A stretch of 64,000 bases of DNA from Acidimicrobiia bacterium (lineage in GTDB: Bacteria > Actinomycetota > Acidimicrobiia > IMCC26256 > PALSA-555). The position numbers and the translations under genes are program-made. Below the pieces are notes generated by a model. It was not told the DNA's origin. It saw nothing but the letters and a program-made list of their open reading frames with translations, and did not search any database. The stretch is taken from the NCBI GenBank assembly GCA_051986275.1, contig JBPYDT010000060.1, positions 24,838-88,837 of the forward strand. The letters run 5' to 3'. The number at the start of each line of letters is the position of its first letter. Positions within the stretch are counted from its first letter, which is position 1. Shown here one piece after another: positions 18,350 to 26,591 of the stretch.

Positions 18350-19477
18350 CTACCCGTTGAGCACGTCGGCGCCGGTGAGCGAGCGCAGGGACCCGCTGCC
18401 CGATCCCGTCGCGGCGCGACGACGGGCCATCTGCGCGCAGCCGCCGAGGATCGCCGCACCACCGAGGGCATAGAGAGGGAGCAGGGTCCGGACCAAGCCG
18501 TCGGTCGTCCAGACCACCGAGCCGAGCAGGGTGGCAAACCCCGCGAACGCGACGGTGATCCAGGTGAGTGCGTCGTCCCGAGCCACCACGACGGCCACGA
18601 CCGTGACCAGCGCGGCGGCCGTCGCGCCCGCGAGGACGCCGGTCGGGTTGGTGCCGTGGCGCAAGGCGCTTGCGAGCCCCGTCCCGGGGATGCCCAAGCG
18701 CGCCGCCGAGGCCGGGCCGAGGCTGGATGACGTTCCGTAGGGGAGCGCGCCGAGCCGGACGTAGACGAAGCCGATCCACAGCCCGTACGCGCCGAACGGC
18801 CAGGCCAGTGCGGCGATGCGGCGGCATGACGCCCCGGTGCGGCGGCGGCGGGTGAGCTCCCAGGCCGCCAGTGCGACGACGCCGACCAGCATCGACTCGC
18901 GTGTGAGCGCGGCGCAGCACAGCAGGGCGATCGCCCAACCGTCGCGCCGCGCGGTCCAGCAGAGCAGACCACCGCCGAGGAACGCGAACGCGGCGAGCTC
19001 GGGCGTGAAGCTCATGATCGCCCGCACGCCGACGAGGACGACGAGCAGCGCCCACCACGGGCTCACCCGCCGACGCAACAGCAGCAGCGCCATCACCCAC
19101 GTCGCCGCGGCGCCCGATGCTGCGGCGAGTGCCGCCAGCACCCACGGCACGAGCCGGGGCTGGCCGCCGGACCCGATCCAGGCGATGTACGACCAGACGG
19201 GGCGCTGGGCCCGGTAGGCGTACTCGATCGAGGAGCCGATCACGGCCGGACGAGCCAGCGACGGGTCCTGGGCGAGCGCGGCGAAGGCCTGCCCGTCGCC
19301 GTGCACGAGCACCGACTCGACGTGCGACAGGGACCGGTTGTAGAGGGAGATGTACGGGTCCCCCCCGGGGCAGCACCGCGGCGATTGCCTCCACGCCGAC
19401 GCGACGACGAGCGCGGTCGACAGTGCGAGCCCGGCAAGGACGACGGCGACCAGCTGGCGACGCTGCGCCTGAGCCAC
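18350..19477 (-). CDS. Integral membrane protein, function unknown
   Basis: 375 aa with many hydrophobic segments and high GC3. GTG start. No family confidently recognised. Confidence 0.6.
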   Translation of the reverse strand: MAQAQRRQLVAVVLAGLALSTALVVASAWRQSPRCCPGGDPYISLYNRSLSHVESVLVHGDGQAFAALAQDPSLARPAVIGSSIEYAYRAQRPVWSYIAWIGSGGQPRLVPWVLAALAAASGAAATWVMALLLLRRRVSPWWALLVVLVGVRAIMSFTPELAAFAFLGGGLLCWTARRDGWAIALLCCAALTRESMLVGVVALAAWELTRRRRTGASCRRIAALAWPFGAYGLWIGFVYVRLGALPYGTSSSLGPASAARLGIPGTGLASALRHGTNPTGVLAGATAAALVTVVAVVVARDDALTWITVAFAGFATLLGSVVWTTDGLVRTLLPLYALGGAAILGGCAQMARRRAATGSGSGSLRSLTGADVLNG

Positions 19478-19548
19478 CTCCGTATGTCGACGCGGCGACA
19501 GGCCGTCTTGACGTGCGGCTGCATCTCAGTGGACGGCCCGCGACCACA

Positions 19549-20976
19549 ATGGACGCCATGTCCGAGCCCGTCCGCGTGCGGTTCTCGCCCGCGCCCACGG
19601 GCTCGCTCCACGTCGGTTCGGCCCGCACCGCCCTGTTCAACTGGCTCTACGCCCGCCACACCGGGGGCGCGTTCCTCCTGCGCATCGAGGACACCGACCT
19701 CAGCCGCTCGGGCGAGACCTGGGCGGCCGGGATCGGGGACACGCTGCGCTGGCTCGGGCTCGACTGGGACGAGCCGGTCGTCCGCCAGAGCCAGCGCTTC
19801 GCCGAGTATCGGGCCGCGGCCGAGCAGCTGCTGGCGGAGGGACGGGCCTACCCCTGCTACTGCACGGCCGACGAAATCAAGGCGCGCAACGACGCCGCCG
19901 TCGCCGCAGGACGCAGTCCGGGGTACGACGGCCACTGTCGCGACCTGAGCGAGACGGAGCAGCGCCGCCTCGCCGCCGAGGGCCGGCCTCGCACCCTCCG
20001 GTTCCGAACCCCGGACACGGGTGAGAGCGCGTTCATCGACCTGGTGCGGGGCGAGGTGCGCGTCGAGTGGGCGACCGTGGCCGACTTCGTCGTCCTCCGG
20101 TCCGACGACACGCCGCTGTTCTTCCTTGCCAACGCGGTCGACGACCTCGAGATGGGGATCACGCATGTGATCCGCGGCGAAGACCTGCTCGACTCGACGC
20201 ACCGCGTGCTCGCCGTCCGGGCCGCGTTGAGCGCGACGCCACCGCCTCGGTTCGCGCACCTGCCGCTCATCGTCGGCCCCGACCGGGCGAAGCTGTCGAA
20301 GCGCCACGGCTCGGTGGCGCTTGAGGAGCTGCGGGCCGCGGGCTACCTCCGAGAGGCGCTGCGTAACTACCTGGCCCTGCTCGGGTGGGCACCCGACGAC
20401 GGCCGGGAGCTCCTCGACGCCGACGAGCTCGTGGCCGCGTTCACCCTCGACCGAGTCACGCACGCCGCCGCGGCGTTCGATTACGACAAGCTCGGCTGGA
20501 TGAACGGCGAGTGGATCCGCCGGCTCCCCCTCCGCGAGGTCGAGGCGGCGGCGCTGCCGCTCGCGAGGGAGCGCTTCGGCGAGACGCTCGACCTCGCCGT
20601 GCTGCGCCGGGCGCTCGAGTTGGGCCAGCCGCGGGCGACGACGCTCGGCGCGCTGCTGGATCAGGCCGACTTCCTGTTCGTCCCCGACGACGAGTTCCAC
20701 GTGAGCCCCGACGCGTGGGCCGAGCTCAAGACCGACCGGGTCGACGACATCCTTTCCGCGGTCGAGACGCACCTCGTCGACCACGACTGGAGCGAGCCCG
20801 TCGACCTGCGCGGCGTCATCGAGGACCTCGGCCTGAAGCCGCGCCAGGCGATGCCCGTCGTCTACATCGCGATCGAAGGGCGGCGTGCCGGCCTGCCCGT
20901 CTTCGAATCGATCGACCTGCTCGGCCGGGAACGATCGCTGCGGCGCGTGCGCGCCGCTCGAGAAGGACGCGCCTGA
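19549..20976 (+). CDS. gltX: Glutamate--tRNA ligase
   Basis: VRVRFSPAPTGSLHVGSARTALFNWL (HIGH-type motif), LRIEDTD, and KLSKRHG (KMSKS-type motif). Alternative ATG at 19558. Confidence 0.95.
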   Translation: MDAMSEPVRVRFSPAPTGSLHVGSARTALFNWLYARHTGGAFLLRIEDTDLSRSGETWAAGIGDTLRWLGLDWDEPVVRQSQRFAEYRAAAEQLLAEGRAYPCYCTADEIKARNDAAVAAGRSPGYDGHCRDLSETEQRRLAAEGRPRTLRFRTPDTGESAFIDLVRGEVRVEWATVADFVVLRSDDTPLFFLANAVDDLEMGITHVIRGEDLLDSTHRVLAVRAALSATPPPRFAHLPLIVGPDRAKLSKRHGSVALEELRAAGYLREALRNYLALLGWAPDDGRELLDADELVAAFTLDRVTHAAAAFDYDKLGWMNGEWIRRLPLREVEAAALPLARERFGETLDLAVLRRALELGQPRATTLGALLDQADFLFVPDDEFHVSPDAWAELKTDRVDDILSAVETHLVDHDWSEPVDLRGVIEDLGLKPRQAMPVVYIAIEGRRAGLPVFESIDLLGRERSLRRVRAAREGRA

Positions 20977-21028
20977 CGCGCCCGGGCCGGGCCGATTCTC
21001 GGGTCCCGGGACTATCCTGAGCGGACCT

Positions 21029-21100
21029 TCGGGGGTGGTGTAATCGGCAACACAACAGGTTCTGGCCCTGTCATTGGGGGTTCGAGTCCTCCCCCCCGAG
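21029..21100 (+). tRNA. tRNA-Gln (anticodon CTG)
   Basis: Hand-folded cloverleaf: acceptor TCGGGGG/CCCCCGA, D stem GTGT/ACAC, anticodon stem ACAGG/CCTGT with loop TTCTGGC, and T loop TTCGAGT. Confidence 0.9.
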
Positions 21101-21106
21101 CCCGAC

Positions 21107-21182
21107 GGCCCCGTCGTCTAGCGGCCTAGGACGCCGCCCTCTCAAGGCGGAAGCGGGAGTTCGAACCTCCTCGGGGCTGCCA
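21107..21182 (+). tRNA. tRNA-Glu (anticodon CTC), genomically encoded CCA
   Basis: Acceptor GGCCCCG/CGGGGCT, anticodon stem CCGCC/GGCGG with loop CTCTCAA, T arm GGGAG-TTCGAAC-CTCCT, discriminator G at 21179, then CCA at 21180-21182. Confidence 0.9.
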
Positions 21183-21187
21183 TCGCC

Positions 21188-21218
21188 AACGGCCCGCGGT
21201 CACGCACCGCGGGCCGTT
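21188..21218 (+). terminator. Perfect 13-bp hairpin directly after tRNA-Glu
   Basis: AACGGCCCGCGGT-cacgc-ACCGCGGGCCGTT. There is no clear U tract. Confidence 0.5.
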
Positions 21219-21630
21219 CGTGATTCCGCGTGGCCAAACACGACGATTCGCGGCCCCTCCTCTTCCTAGGGGTTGCTACGCGTTTCTCGCGGTTGCGACG
21301 CGCCTCGTGGGGTGCTGGACGCGCGCATCTCCAGAAATTTCCGCGTGTCGCGCACACGTGCACCGCGCTCAAGATCAGCCACCACGATGTCGACTTACGA
21401 AGCGGTGGAAATCCACCACTTTTCCCTGCGAATCCGTTACGGTCATTGGGCGCGCTCGACGCGCGCCTCGTCGTGACTTACGCGAATCAGTGGAGGGAAA
21501 GAACGCCAGCACGACGCACGCGGGAGTGTCGCAGGGGTCGGTCAGGTGGCTGTCGCGCCCCGAAATGCTTGACACTGCACCTGCAATACGTTCGACTTTT
21601 ACTTAAGTAAACCGGACTCCTGGAGGAACG

Positions 21631-21906
21631 GTGAACAAGTCAGAGCTCATCGACAAGGTCGCCGGACAGGCGAGCCTCTCGAAGTCCGACGCGGAGAAAG
21701 CGGTCAACGCGTTCATCGGCGTCGTCGAGGGCGCAGTGTCCTCCGGTGACAAGGTCACGCTGCCCGGCTTCGGGGCTTGGTCCCGCACCGCGCGAGCTGC
21801 CCGCACGGGCCGCAACCCTCGCACGGGTGCGCCAGTGCAGATCCCGGCGTCCAACGCCGTGAAGTTCTCAGTGGGTGCCGATTTCAAGAAGAAGGTGAAC
21901 AGCTGA
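21631..21906 (+). CDS. hup: HU family DNA-binding protein (core fold only, 91 aa)
   Basis: GTG 21631 follows the SD ggagga. MNKSELIDKVA...GFGAWSRTARAARTGRNPRTGAPVQIPASNAVKFSVG is a canonical HU arm. Confidence 0.95.
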   Translation: MNKSELIDKVAGQASLSKSDAEKAVNAFIGVVEGAVSSGDKVTLPGFGAWSRTARAARTGRNPRTGAPVQIPASNAVKFSVGADFKKKVNS

Positions 21907-21959
21907 GACCGAGCCCGAGCCGATCGGCCTCGGAGCCATAAACCGTCAGAGAAGGGTAG

Positions 21960-22304
21960 GTGATCGTGCCTCCGGCCAAGAGACGCACACGTAAAGCTGC
22001 CAAGAAGACGACCGCTCGCAAGCCTGCGAAGCGTCGTACTGCTAAGAAGACGACCGCCAGGAAGCCGGCGGCGCGCAAGACGACCCGTCGTCGCCGCAAG
22101 TCGACGGCCAAGAAGGCTGCGCCCGTCAAGAAGACGCGTCGTCGCAAGAAGGCTGCGGCCAAGAAGGCTCCCGCCAAGCGGCGTCGGCGCAAGTCGACGG
22201 CCAAGAAGGCGCCGGCCAAGAAGACGACGAAGCGTCGTCGGAAGAAGGCTGCGGCCACGAAGGCTCCCGTCAAGCGGCGTCGTCGCCGCCGGGTCGCCCG
22301 CTAA
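21960..22304 (+). CDS. Polybasic K/R/A/T-rich repeat protein, histone-H1 / HupB C-terminal-tail-like
   Basis: 114 aa with repeated RRRRKSTAKKA...KK...RRRKKAAA.KAP.K. GTG at 21960 or 21966, downstream of gaaggg. In a different frame from hup. Confidence 0.7.
   Translation: MIVPPAKRRTRKAAKKTTARKPAKRRTAKKTTARKPAARKTTRRRRKSTAKKAAPVKKTRRRKKAAAKKAPAKRRRRKSTAKKAPAKKTTKRRRKKAAATKAPVKRRRRRRVAR
22086..22274 (+). repeat. Two tandem coding repeat units (93 and 96 nt) inside the polybasic ORF
   Basis: Units at 22086-22178 and 22179-22274 align at both the DNA and peptide level. A partial third unit follows. Confidence 0.8.
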
Positions 22305-22324
22305 CCCATCCACCGCTCACCTTC

Positions 22325-22348
22325 GAGGGGGCCCTCCGGGGCCCCCTC
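22325..22348. terminator. Perfect 10-bp GC hairpin between convergent genes (bidirectional terminator candidate)
   Basis: GAGGGGGCCC-tccg-GGGCCCCCTC. Confidence 0.6.
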
Positions 22349-22360
22349 GTCGCGTCCGGG

Positions 22361-23074
22361 TCAGGGATCGAGGCGCTTGTAGGCCTCGGCGAGGGCCAGG
22401 CCCCAGCCGGCACCGGCGCTCGCCGCTTCCCGACGGACCCGTGCCTCGAAGGCCGCTCGCTCGGCCGGCTCGTCCTGACCGCCCGCCGTGATTCCCAACG
22501 TGGAGCGCCACTGGCTGCGGTGGCACAGCAGCGCGGCGACCTTCGCCTCGAGGCCGGGCGCCGCATCCTCGACGTGATCGACGACCTCGGCCTCGAACAG
22601 TAGGAGGCGGCCCGGCCGGTGGGGCGCCCCCCGGTCAGGGAAGAAGTGGGGATCCCGCGCCGCGACCACGCCGTCGAGGACGAGCTCACCGGCCCGGCGG
22701 TGGTCCGGGTGGAGGCGATACCGCTTCCACGGGTCGTGCCCGAGGACGGTGTCGGGCTGCACCGTCCGGATCGCGGCGCACACCGCGGCCCGCTCGGCGA
22801 GGCCGGCGGCGAGCTCGCCGTCGACGAGGTCCAGGAACTCGACACCCGCCGCGCCGAGCGCCCCGGCCGCGTCGACCTGCTCGGCGCGACGCCGCGCCGC
22901 GAGCGCCTCGAGGTCGGCGTCGGAGTCCCAGGTCCCCTTCGAGCCGTCGGTGAGCACGAGCAGGTGCACCGCCGCCCCGGCGGCGGCCCAGCGGGCGAGC
23001 GTTGCGCCGCAGCCGAACTCGATGTCGTCCGGGTGGGCGCCGACGGCGAGCACCCGTGCGGGGGTGTCGCTCAC
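22361..23074 (-). CDS. PIG-L/LmbE family deacetylase
   Basis: GTG 23074 gives VSDTPARVLAVGAHPDDIEFGCG. GTGA overlap with the fbiD stop. Confidence 0.85.
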   Translation of the reverse strand: MSDTPARVLAVGAHPDDIEFGCGATLARWAAAGAAVHLLVLTDGSKGTWDSDADLEALAARRRAEQVDAAGALGAAGVEFLDLVDGELAAGLAERAAVCAAIRTVQPDTVLGHDPWKRYRLHPDHRRAGELVLDGVVAARDPHFFPDRGAPHRPGRLLLFEAEVVDHVEDAAPGLEAKVAALLCHRSQWRSTLGITAGGQDEPAERAAFEARVRREAASAGAGWGLALAEAYKRLDP

Positions 23075-23667
23075 GCGTCGGGTGGATCGAGTGCCGCGAG
23101 GTCGTCGGGAACGTCGACGTCGAACGCCAGGTCCGGGTCGCGCACCACCCTGAGCGCCAGACCGAGCCGCCGGGCTTCGGCGGCGTGCCGGCGGAACGAC
23201 CCCGGTCCGTACGTGAACCGGAACGGCGAGTCGACCGGCAGCGACAGCACGTTGGTGCCGTCGTCGCGGTGGCACGGCACGAGCGCGACGACGGGACGGT
23301 CCCCGTCCTCGAGCAGCCGACCGAACGATCTGGCGCGCGGCAGATCGGCGTGAGCCACGAGGGCGCGCGCCACGTCAGTGGTGCGGAGGTGCTCGACGCC
23401 GCGGGCGGCCGCGGCGTCGAGCGATCCCGGGTCGGCCAGGACGGTGCAGCCACGCGCGGTGGCCCAGTCCTCGACCTCGGGTGCGCTGGTCACGACGACG
23501 ATCGGCAGCTCGCCGGCGGCGTCGACCACCCGTGCCGCGAGTCGGCGGCCGAGGTCGGCGCGCGCGTCGTCGTCGAGCACGGACGCCAGGCGCGCCTTGC
23601 CGAGGAGGAACGAGCGAATCGGAAGCACGACGCCGGCGCGCGGCCCACGGCCTCTAGTCCGACGCAT
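23071..23667 (-). CDS. fbiD: Phosphoenolpyruvate/2-phospho-L-lactate guanylyltransferase (CofC/FbiD family, F420 biosynthesis)
   Basis: VVLPIRSFLLGKARL resembles a CofC N-terminus, and the gene neighbours gpsA as in mycobacteria. Alternative GTG start at 23628. Confidence 0.75.
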   Translation of the reverse strand: MRRTRGRGPRAGVVLPIRSFLLGKARLASVLDDDARADLGRRLAARVVDAAGELPIVVVTSAPEVEDWATARGCTVLADPGSLDAAAARGVEHLRTTDVARALVAHADLPRARSFGRLLEDGDRPVVALVPCHRDDGTNVLSLPVDSPFRFTYGPGSFRRHAAEARRLGLALRVVRDPDLAFDVDVPDDLAALDPPDA

Positions 23668-24403
23668 GCGGCTTTATATGCTACCGGTCGTGGAGCCGGT
23701 GTACGGCGCCCTCCGCGCCACGTTGGTGCTGCCGGTCCGCGTCGCGATGCGCTGGACGGTCGACGGCGCGCACCTGATCCCGGTGCACGGCCCGGTCATC
23801 CTGGCGAGCAACCACGTCTCGTATCTCGACCCGCTCGTCCTCGGCTACCTGGCCGACCGCCGCCACCGCCGCGTCAGGTTCCTCGCCAAGCGCGAGCTCT
23901 TCGACAAACACGTGATGGGCGCCGTGCTGCGCCGAGCGCACCAGATCCCGGTCGCGCGCGACACCGCCGAGGCCGCCGGCTCGCTCGACGCCGCGGTCGC
24001 CGCGCTCGCCGCCGGGGAGTGCGTCGGGGTCTTCCCCGAAGGGACGATCTCGCTCGATCTCGAGCCGATGGCGGGCAAGACCGGGACGGCGCGCCTCGCG
24101 GCGGCCAGCGGGGTCCCCGTGACCCCCGTCGGGCTGTGGGGCGCGCAGCGCATCCTCTTCAAGGGCCGCAAGCCGCGATGGCGGTGGGGCGTCGCCGAGA
24201 GCGTCGTCGTCGGGGACCCGGTGCCCGTCACCGCGGACGACGACGCCCGGGAGGGCACCGACCGGATCATGCGGGCCATCGCCGCCTGCGTCGCCCAGGC
24301 GCGGGCCCGGTATCCCCAACGGCCCCGGCCCGGCGAAGGCGACTGGTGGGTGCGCGGTCCCGAGACAGTGGCCGCACACCAGCCCGGCGGGGCCGCACGG
24401 TGA
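23666..24403 (+). CDS. 1-acyl-sn-glycerol-3-phosphate acyltransferase (PlsC family)
   Basis: NHVSYLD (HX4D) and FPEGT motifs. Alternative ATG at 23678. Confidence 0.85.
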   Translation: MRLYMLPVVEPVYGALRATLVLPVRVAMRWTVDGAHLIPVHGPVILASNHVSYLDPLVLGYLADRRHRRVRFLAKRELFDKHVMGAVLRRAHQIPVARDTAEAAGSLDAAVAALAAGECVGVFPEGTISLDLEPMAGKTGTARLAAASGVPVTPVGLWGAQRILFKGRKPRWRWGVAESVVVGDPVPVTADDDAREGTDRIMRAIAACVAQARARYPQRPRPGEGDWWVRGPETVAAHQPGGAAR

Positions 24404-25416
24404 CGGAGGGGCGCATCACCGTGCTCGGCGCGGGCTCGTGGGGGACCGCGGTGGCCGCGCTGCTGGCCCGCGGGCCCGGCGTCACGCTGTGGGCGCGCGA
24501 CGCGGCACTCGCCGAGCACATCGACCGCGAGCACGAGAACCCGCGCTACCTGCCCGGGGTGACGCTGCCGTCCGAGCTCCACGCGACCGGTGACCTGCGG
24601 GCGGCCGCCGCCGACGCGGACGTGCTGGTGCTGGGCGTGCCCTCCCACGGGCTGCGCGCCGTGCTCTGCGACGTCGCGACCGAGGTCAACCCCGAAGCAC
24701 CGGTGCTCAGCCTCGCCAAGGGTGTCGAGCAGGGGACAAACCTGCGCATGACCGAGGTCGCCGCCGACGTCCTCGCGGGCCACCGGCTGGACCTCATCGG
24801 TGTCCTCACCGGACCGAACCTCGCCCGCGAGGTTGCCGCCGGCCAACCCACGGCCTCGGTGATCGCCATGACCGACGCGGTCACGGCGACCGCGCTCCAG
24901 GAGCGGTTCATGACCGTGACGTTTCGCGTGTACACGAACCCGGACGTCGTCGGCTGTGAGATCGCGGGCGCGCTGAAGAACGTGATCGCGATCGCGGCTG
25001 GCATCGCCGCCGGCCTCGGCTACGGCGACAACACGAAGGCCGCGCTCATCACGCGCGGCCTGGCCGAGCTGGCCCGTCTGGGCGTCGTCCTCGGAGGCGA
25101 GCCGCTCACGTTCTCCGGGCTCGCCGGGATGGGCGACCTCGTGGCGACGTGCACCAGCGACCAGAGCCGGAACCGGCGCGTGGGCGTGGAGCTCGGCCGT
25201 GGTCGCAGCCTCGATGAGATCGTCGCCGAGCTCGACATGGTCGCGGAGGGGGTCAAGAGCACCGGTGCCGTCCTCGAGCTCGCCGCGACGCACGGCGTCG
25301 AGATGCCCATCGCGACCATGGTGGGCGCGGTGCTCTACGACGGCCGCCGCCCGGCGGACCTCGTGCCCGCGCTCATGCTGCGCGAGGCGAAGGCCGAGCT
25401 GCACGGCATCCGATGA
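24400..25416 (+). CDS. gpsA: NAD(P)H-dependent glycerol-3-phosphate dehydrogenase
   Basis: GTG 24400 overlaps the plsC stop. ITVLGAGSWGTA, NPRYLPGV, GPNLAREV and GALKNVIAIAAG are present. Confidence 0.9.
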   Translation: MTEGRITVLGAGSWGTAVAALLARGPGVTLWARDAALAEHIDREHENPRYLPGVTLPSELHATGDLRAAAADADVLVLGVPSHGLRAVLCDVATEVNPEAPVLSLAKGVEQGTNLRMTEVAADVLAGHRLDLIGVLTGPNLAREVAAGQPTASVIAMTDAVTATALQERFMTVTFRVYTNPDVVGCEIAGALKNVIAIAAGIAAGLGYGDNTKAALITRGLAELARLGVVLGGEPLTFSGLAGMGDLVATCTSDQSRNRRVGVELGRGRSLDEIVAELDMVAEGVKSTGAVLELAATHGVEMPIATMVGAVLYDGRRPADLVPALMLREAKAELHGIR

Positions 25417-26591
25417 CGGGGACCGTCGTCGGCGCCGTCGGCGCGCGCCACCAGGTCCGCGTCGACACGAGCGGCGCCCTGCAGCCCCTCGACGCGGGCT
25501 GGTCGCTCGCCTGGTCGATCGGAGCCGATGACCGCTGGCGAGACCCGGCGGACGATCCGACCGTCCGTCAGCAGCTCGTCGATTCCGTCCCGGTCGTGCG
25601 CACCGCGCTGCGCGTCCCCGGCGGCGACGCCGTCGAGCACGTCTACGGCGTCGGCGGCACCGACGACGCCGTGATCGTCGAGGTGGCGAACGAGTCGCCC
25701 GCGCCGTTCGTCGTCGCCCTGACGGTGCGCGGGGCACACCGGGTCGCCGTCGAGGACGGCACCGTGCTCGTCGACGGACGCCCCGCGCTCCGCACGGCGC
25801 GACCGGCGCGGCGGTGGGCCGCCGCGGCGGGGCCGACCGCCGACGTGGTGCGATCGGGCGCCGCCTCCAGCGGGCCGTTCCCGCCTGTCACCGACCGGCA
25901 GGGCCGCCTCGAAGCCACGTTCCTTCACCCGGTGGCACACCGCACGACGCTGGTGGCCGTGGCGCTCCCCGGAGGGGGTCGCGACGCGCAAAAGACTCCG
26001 GTCACCGCCCCGGGACCGGATGCGGCGGCGCGGGGATGGCGCCGCCACCTCGCTCGGGGCTTGCAGGCCGAGCTCCCCGACGCGCGCCTCGTCGACGAGC
26101 TCACGACGGCGCGGGCGGGCGTGCTGCTGGCCGCGGCGCGCGCGACCGTCGACGCGCCGGCCGTCGCGGCCCTCGAAGACTGGGGATTCGATGATGAGGC
26201 TGCGGCGGCGTGGCGGCGTCTGGGCTGGCGCGCCCGGCGGCGCGCCCGCCGGCGAACGTCAGGCGAGTGGGCCGAGGTGACGCGCGCCCGCCGTGACGGC
26301 GGTCCACCGCTCCTGCTCGCGGCGCGTGCGTTCCTCGCGGACGACACCGGGCGCGGCGCCGTGACGGTGCTCCCGCAGCTCCCACCCGAGTGGCGCGGCC
26401 AGCCCGTGGACGTCCGGGGCGCGCCGATCCGTCCCGGGTGCCTCTCCTACTCGGTGCGCTGGCACGGTCACCGTCCGGCGCTCCTGTGGGAGGCGCCGCC
26501 CGGCGTGCAGGTCCGCGCGCCCGGACTCGACCCCTCGTGGACGAGCACCGAACCCGCCGGGGAGGCACTGCTCGCCGAGTTGGGCGCGTGA
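25413..26591 (+). CDS. Hypothetical protein (392 aa), no domain recognised
   Basis: ATGA overlap with the gpsA stop, high GC3, and a TGATG overlap with the downstream cyclase. Confidence 0.6.
   Translation: MTGTVVGAVGARHQVRVDTSGALQPLDAGWSLAWSIGADDRWRDPADDPTVRQQLVDSVPVVRTALRVPGGDAVEHVYGVGGTDDAVIVEVANESPAPFVVALTVRGAHRVAVEDGTVLVDGRPALRTARPARRWAAAAGPTADVVRSGAASSGPFPPVTDRQGRLEATFLHPVAHRTTLVAVALPGGGRDAQKTPVTAPGPDAAARGWRRHLARGLQAELPDARLVDELTTARAGVLLAAARATVDAPAVAALEDWGFDDEAAAAWRRLGWRARRRARRRTSGEWAEVTRARRDGGPPLLLAARAFLADDTGRGAVTVLPQLPPEWRGQPVDVRGAPIRPGCLSYSVRWHGHRPALLWEAPPGVQVRAPGLDPSWTSTEPAGEALLAELGA

Noticed and set aside
21107-21630. A possible integrated element or attachment site at the tRNA-Glu 3' end, given the lower-GC DNA right after the tRNA.
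   Set aside because: There is no integrase, excisionase or other mobile gene nearby. I found no direct repeat of the tRNA 3' end downstream, and the next gene is the housekeeping hup.
22086-22292. Repeat array that could be mistaken for a CRISPR-like or non-coding tandem repeat.
   Set aside because: The units are contiguous with no spacers. They are in frame and encode the K/R/A-rich peptide repeat of the polybasic ORF.
23002-25416. Very long N-terminal extensions in the ORF track. Examples: the 804-aa ORF ending in gpsA, the 676-aa ORF ending in the P450, the 1061-aa ORF for GH38, and the 850-aa ORF for CoxL.
   Set aside because: The upstream parts are junk-like and overlap real genes. Internal starts with SD sequences or stop/start overlaps give proteins of canonical length.
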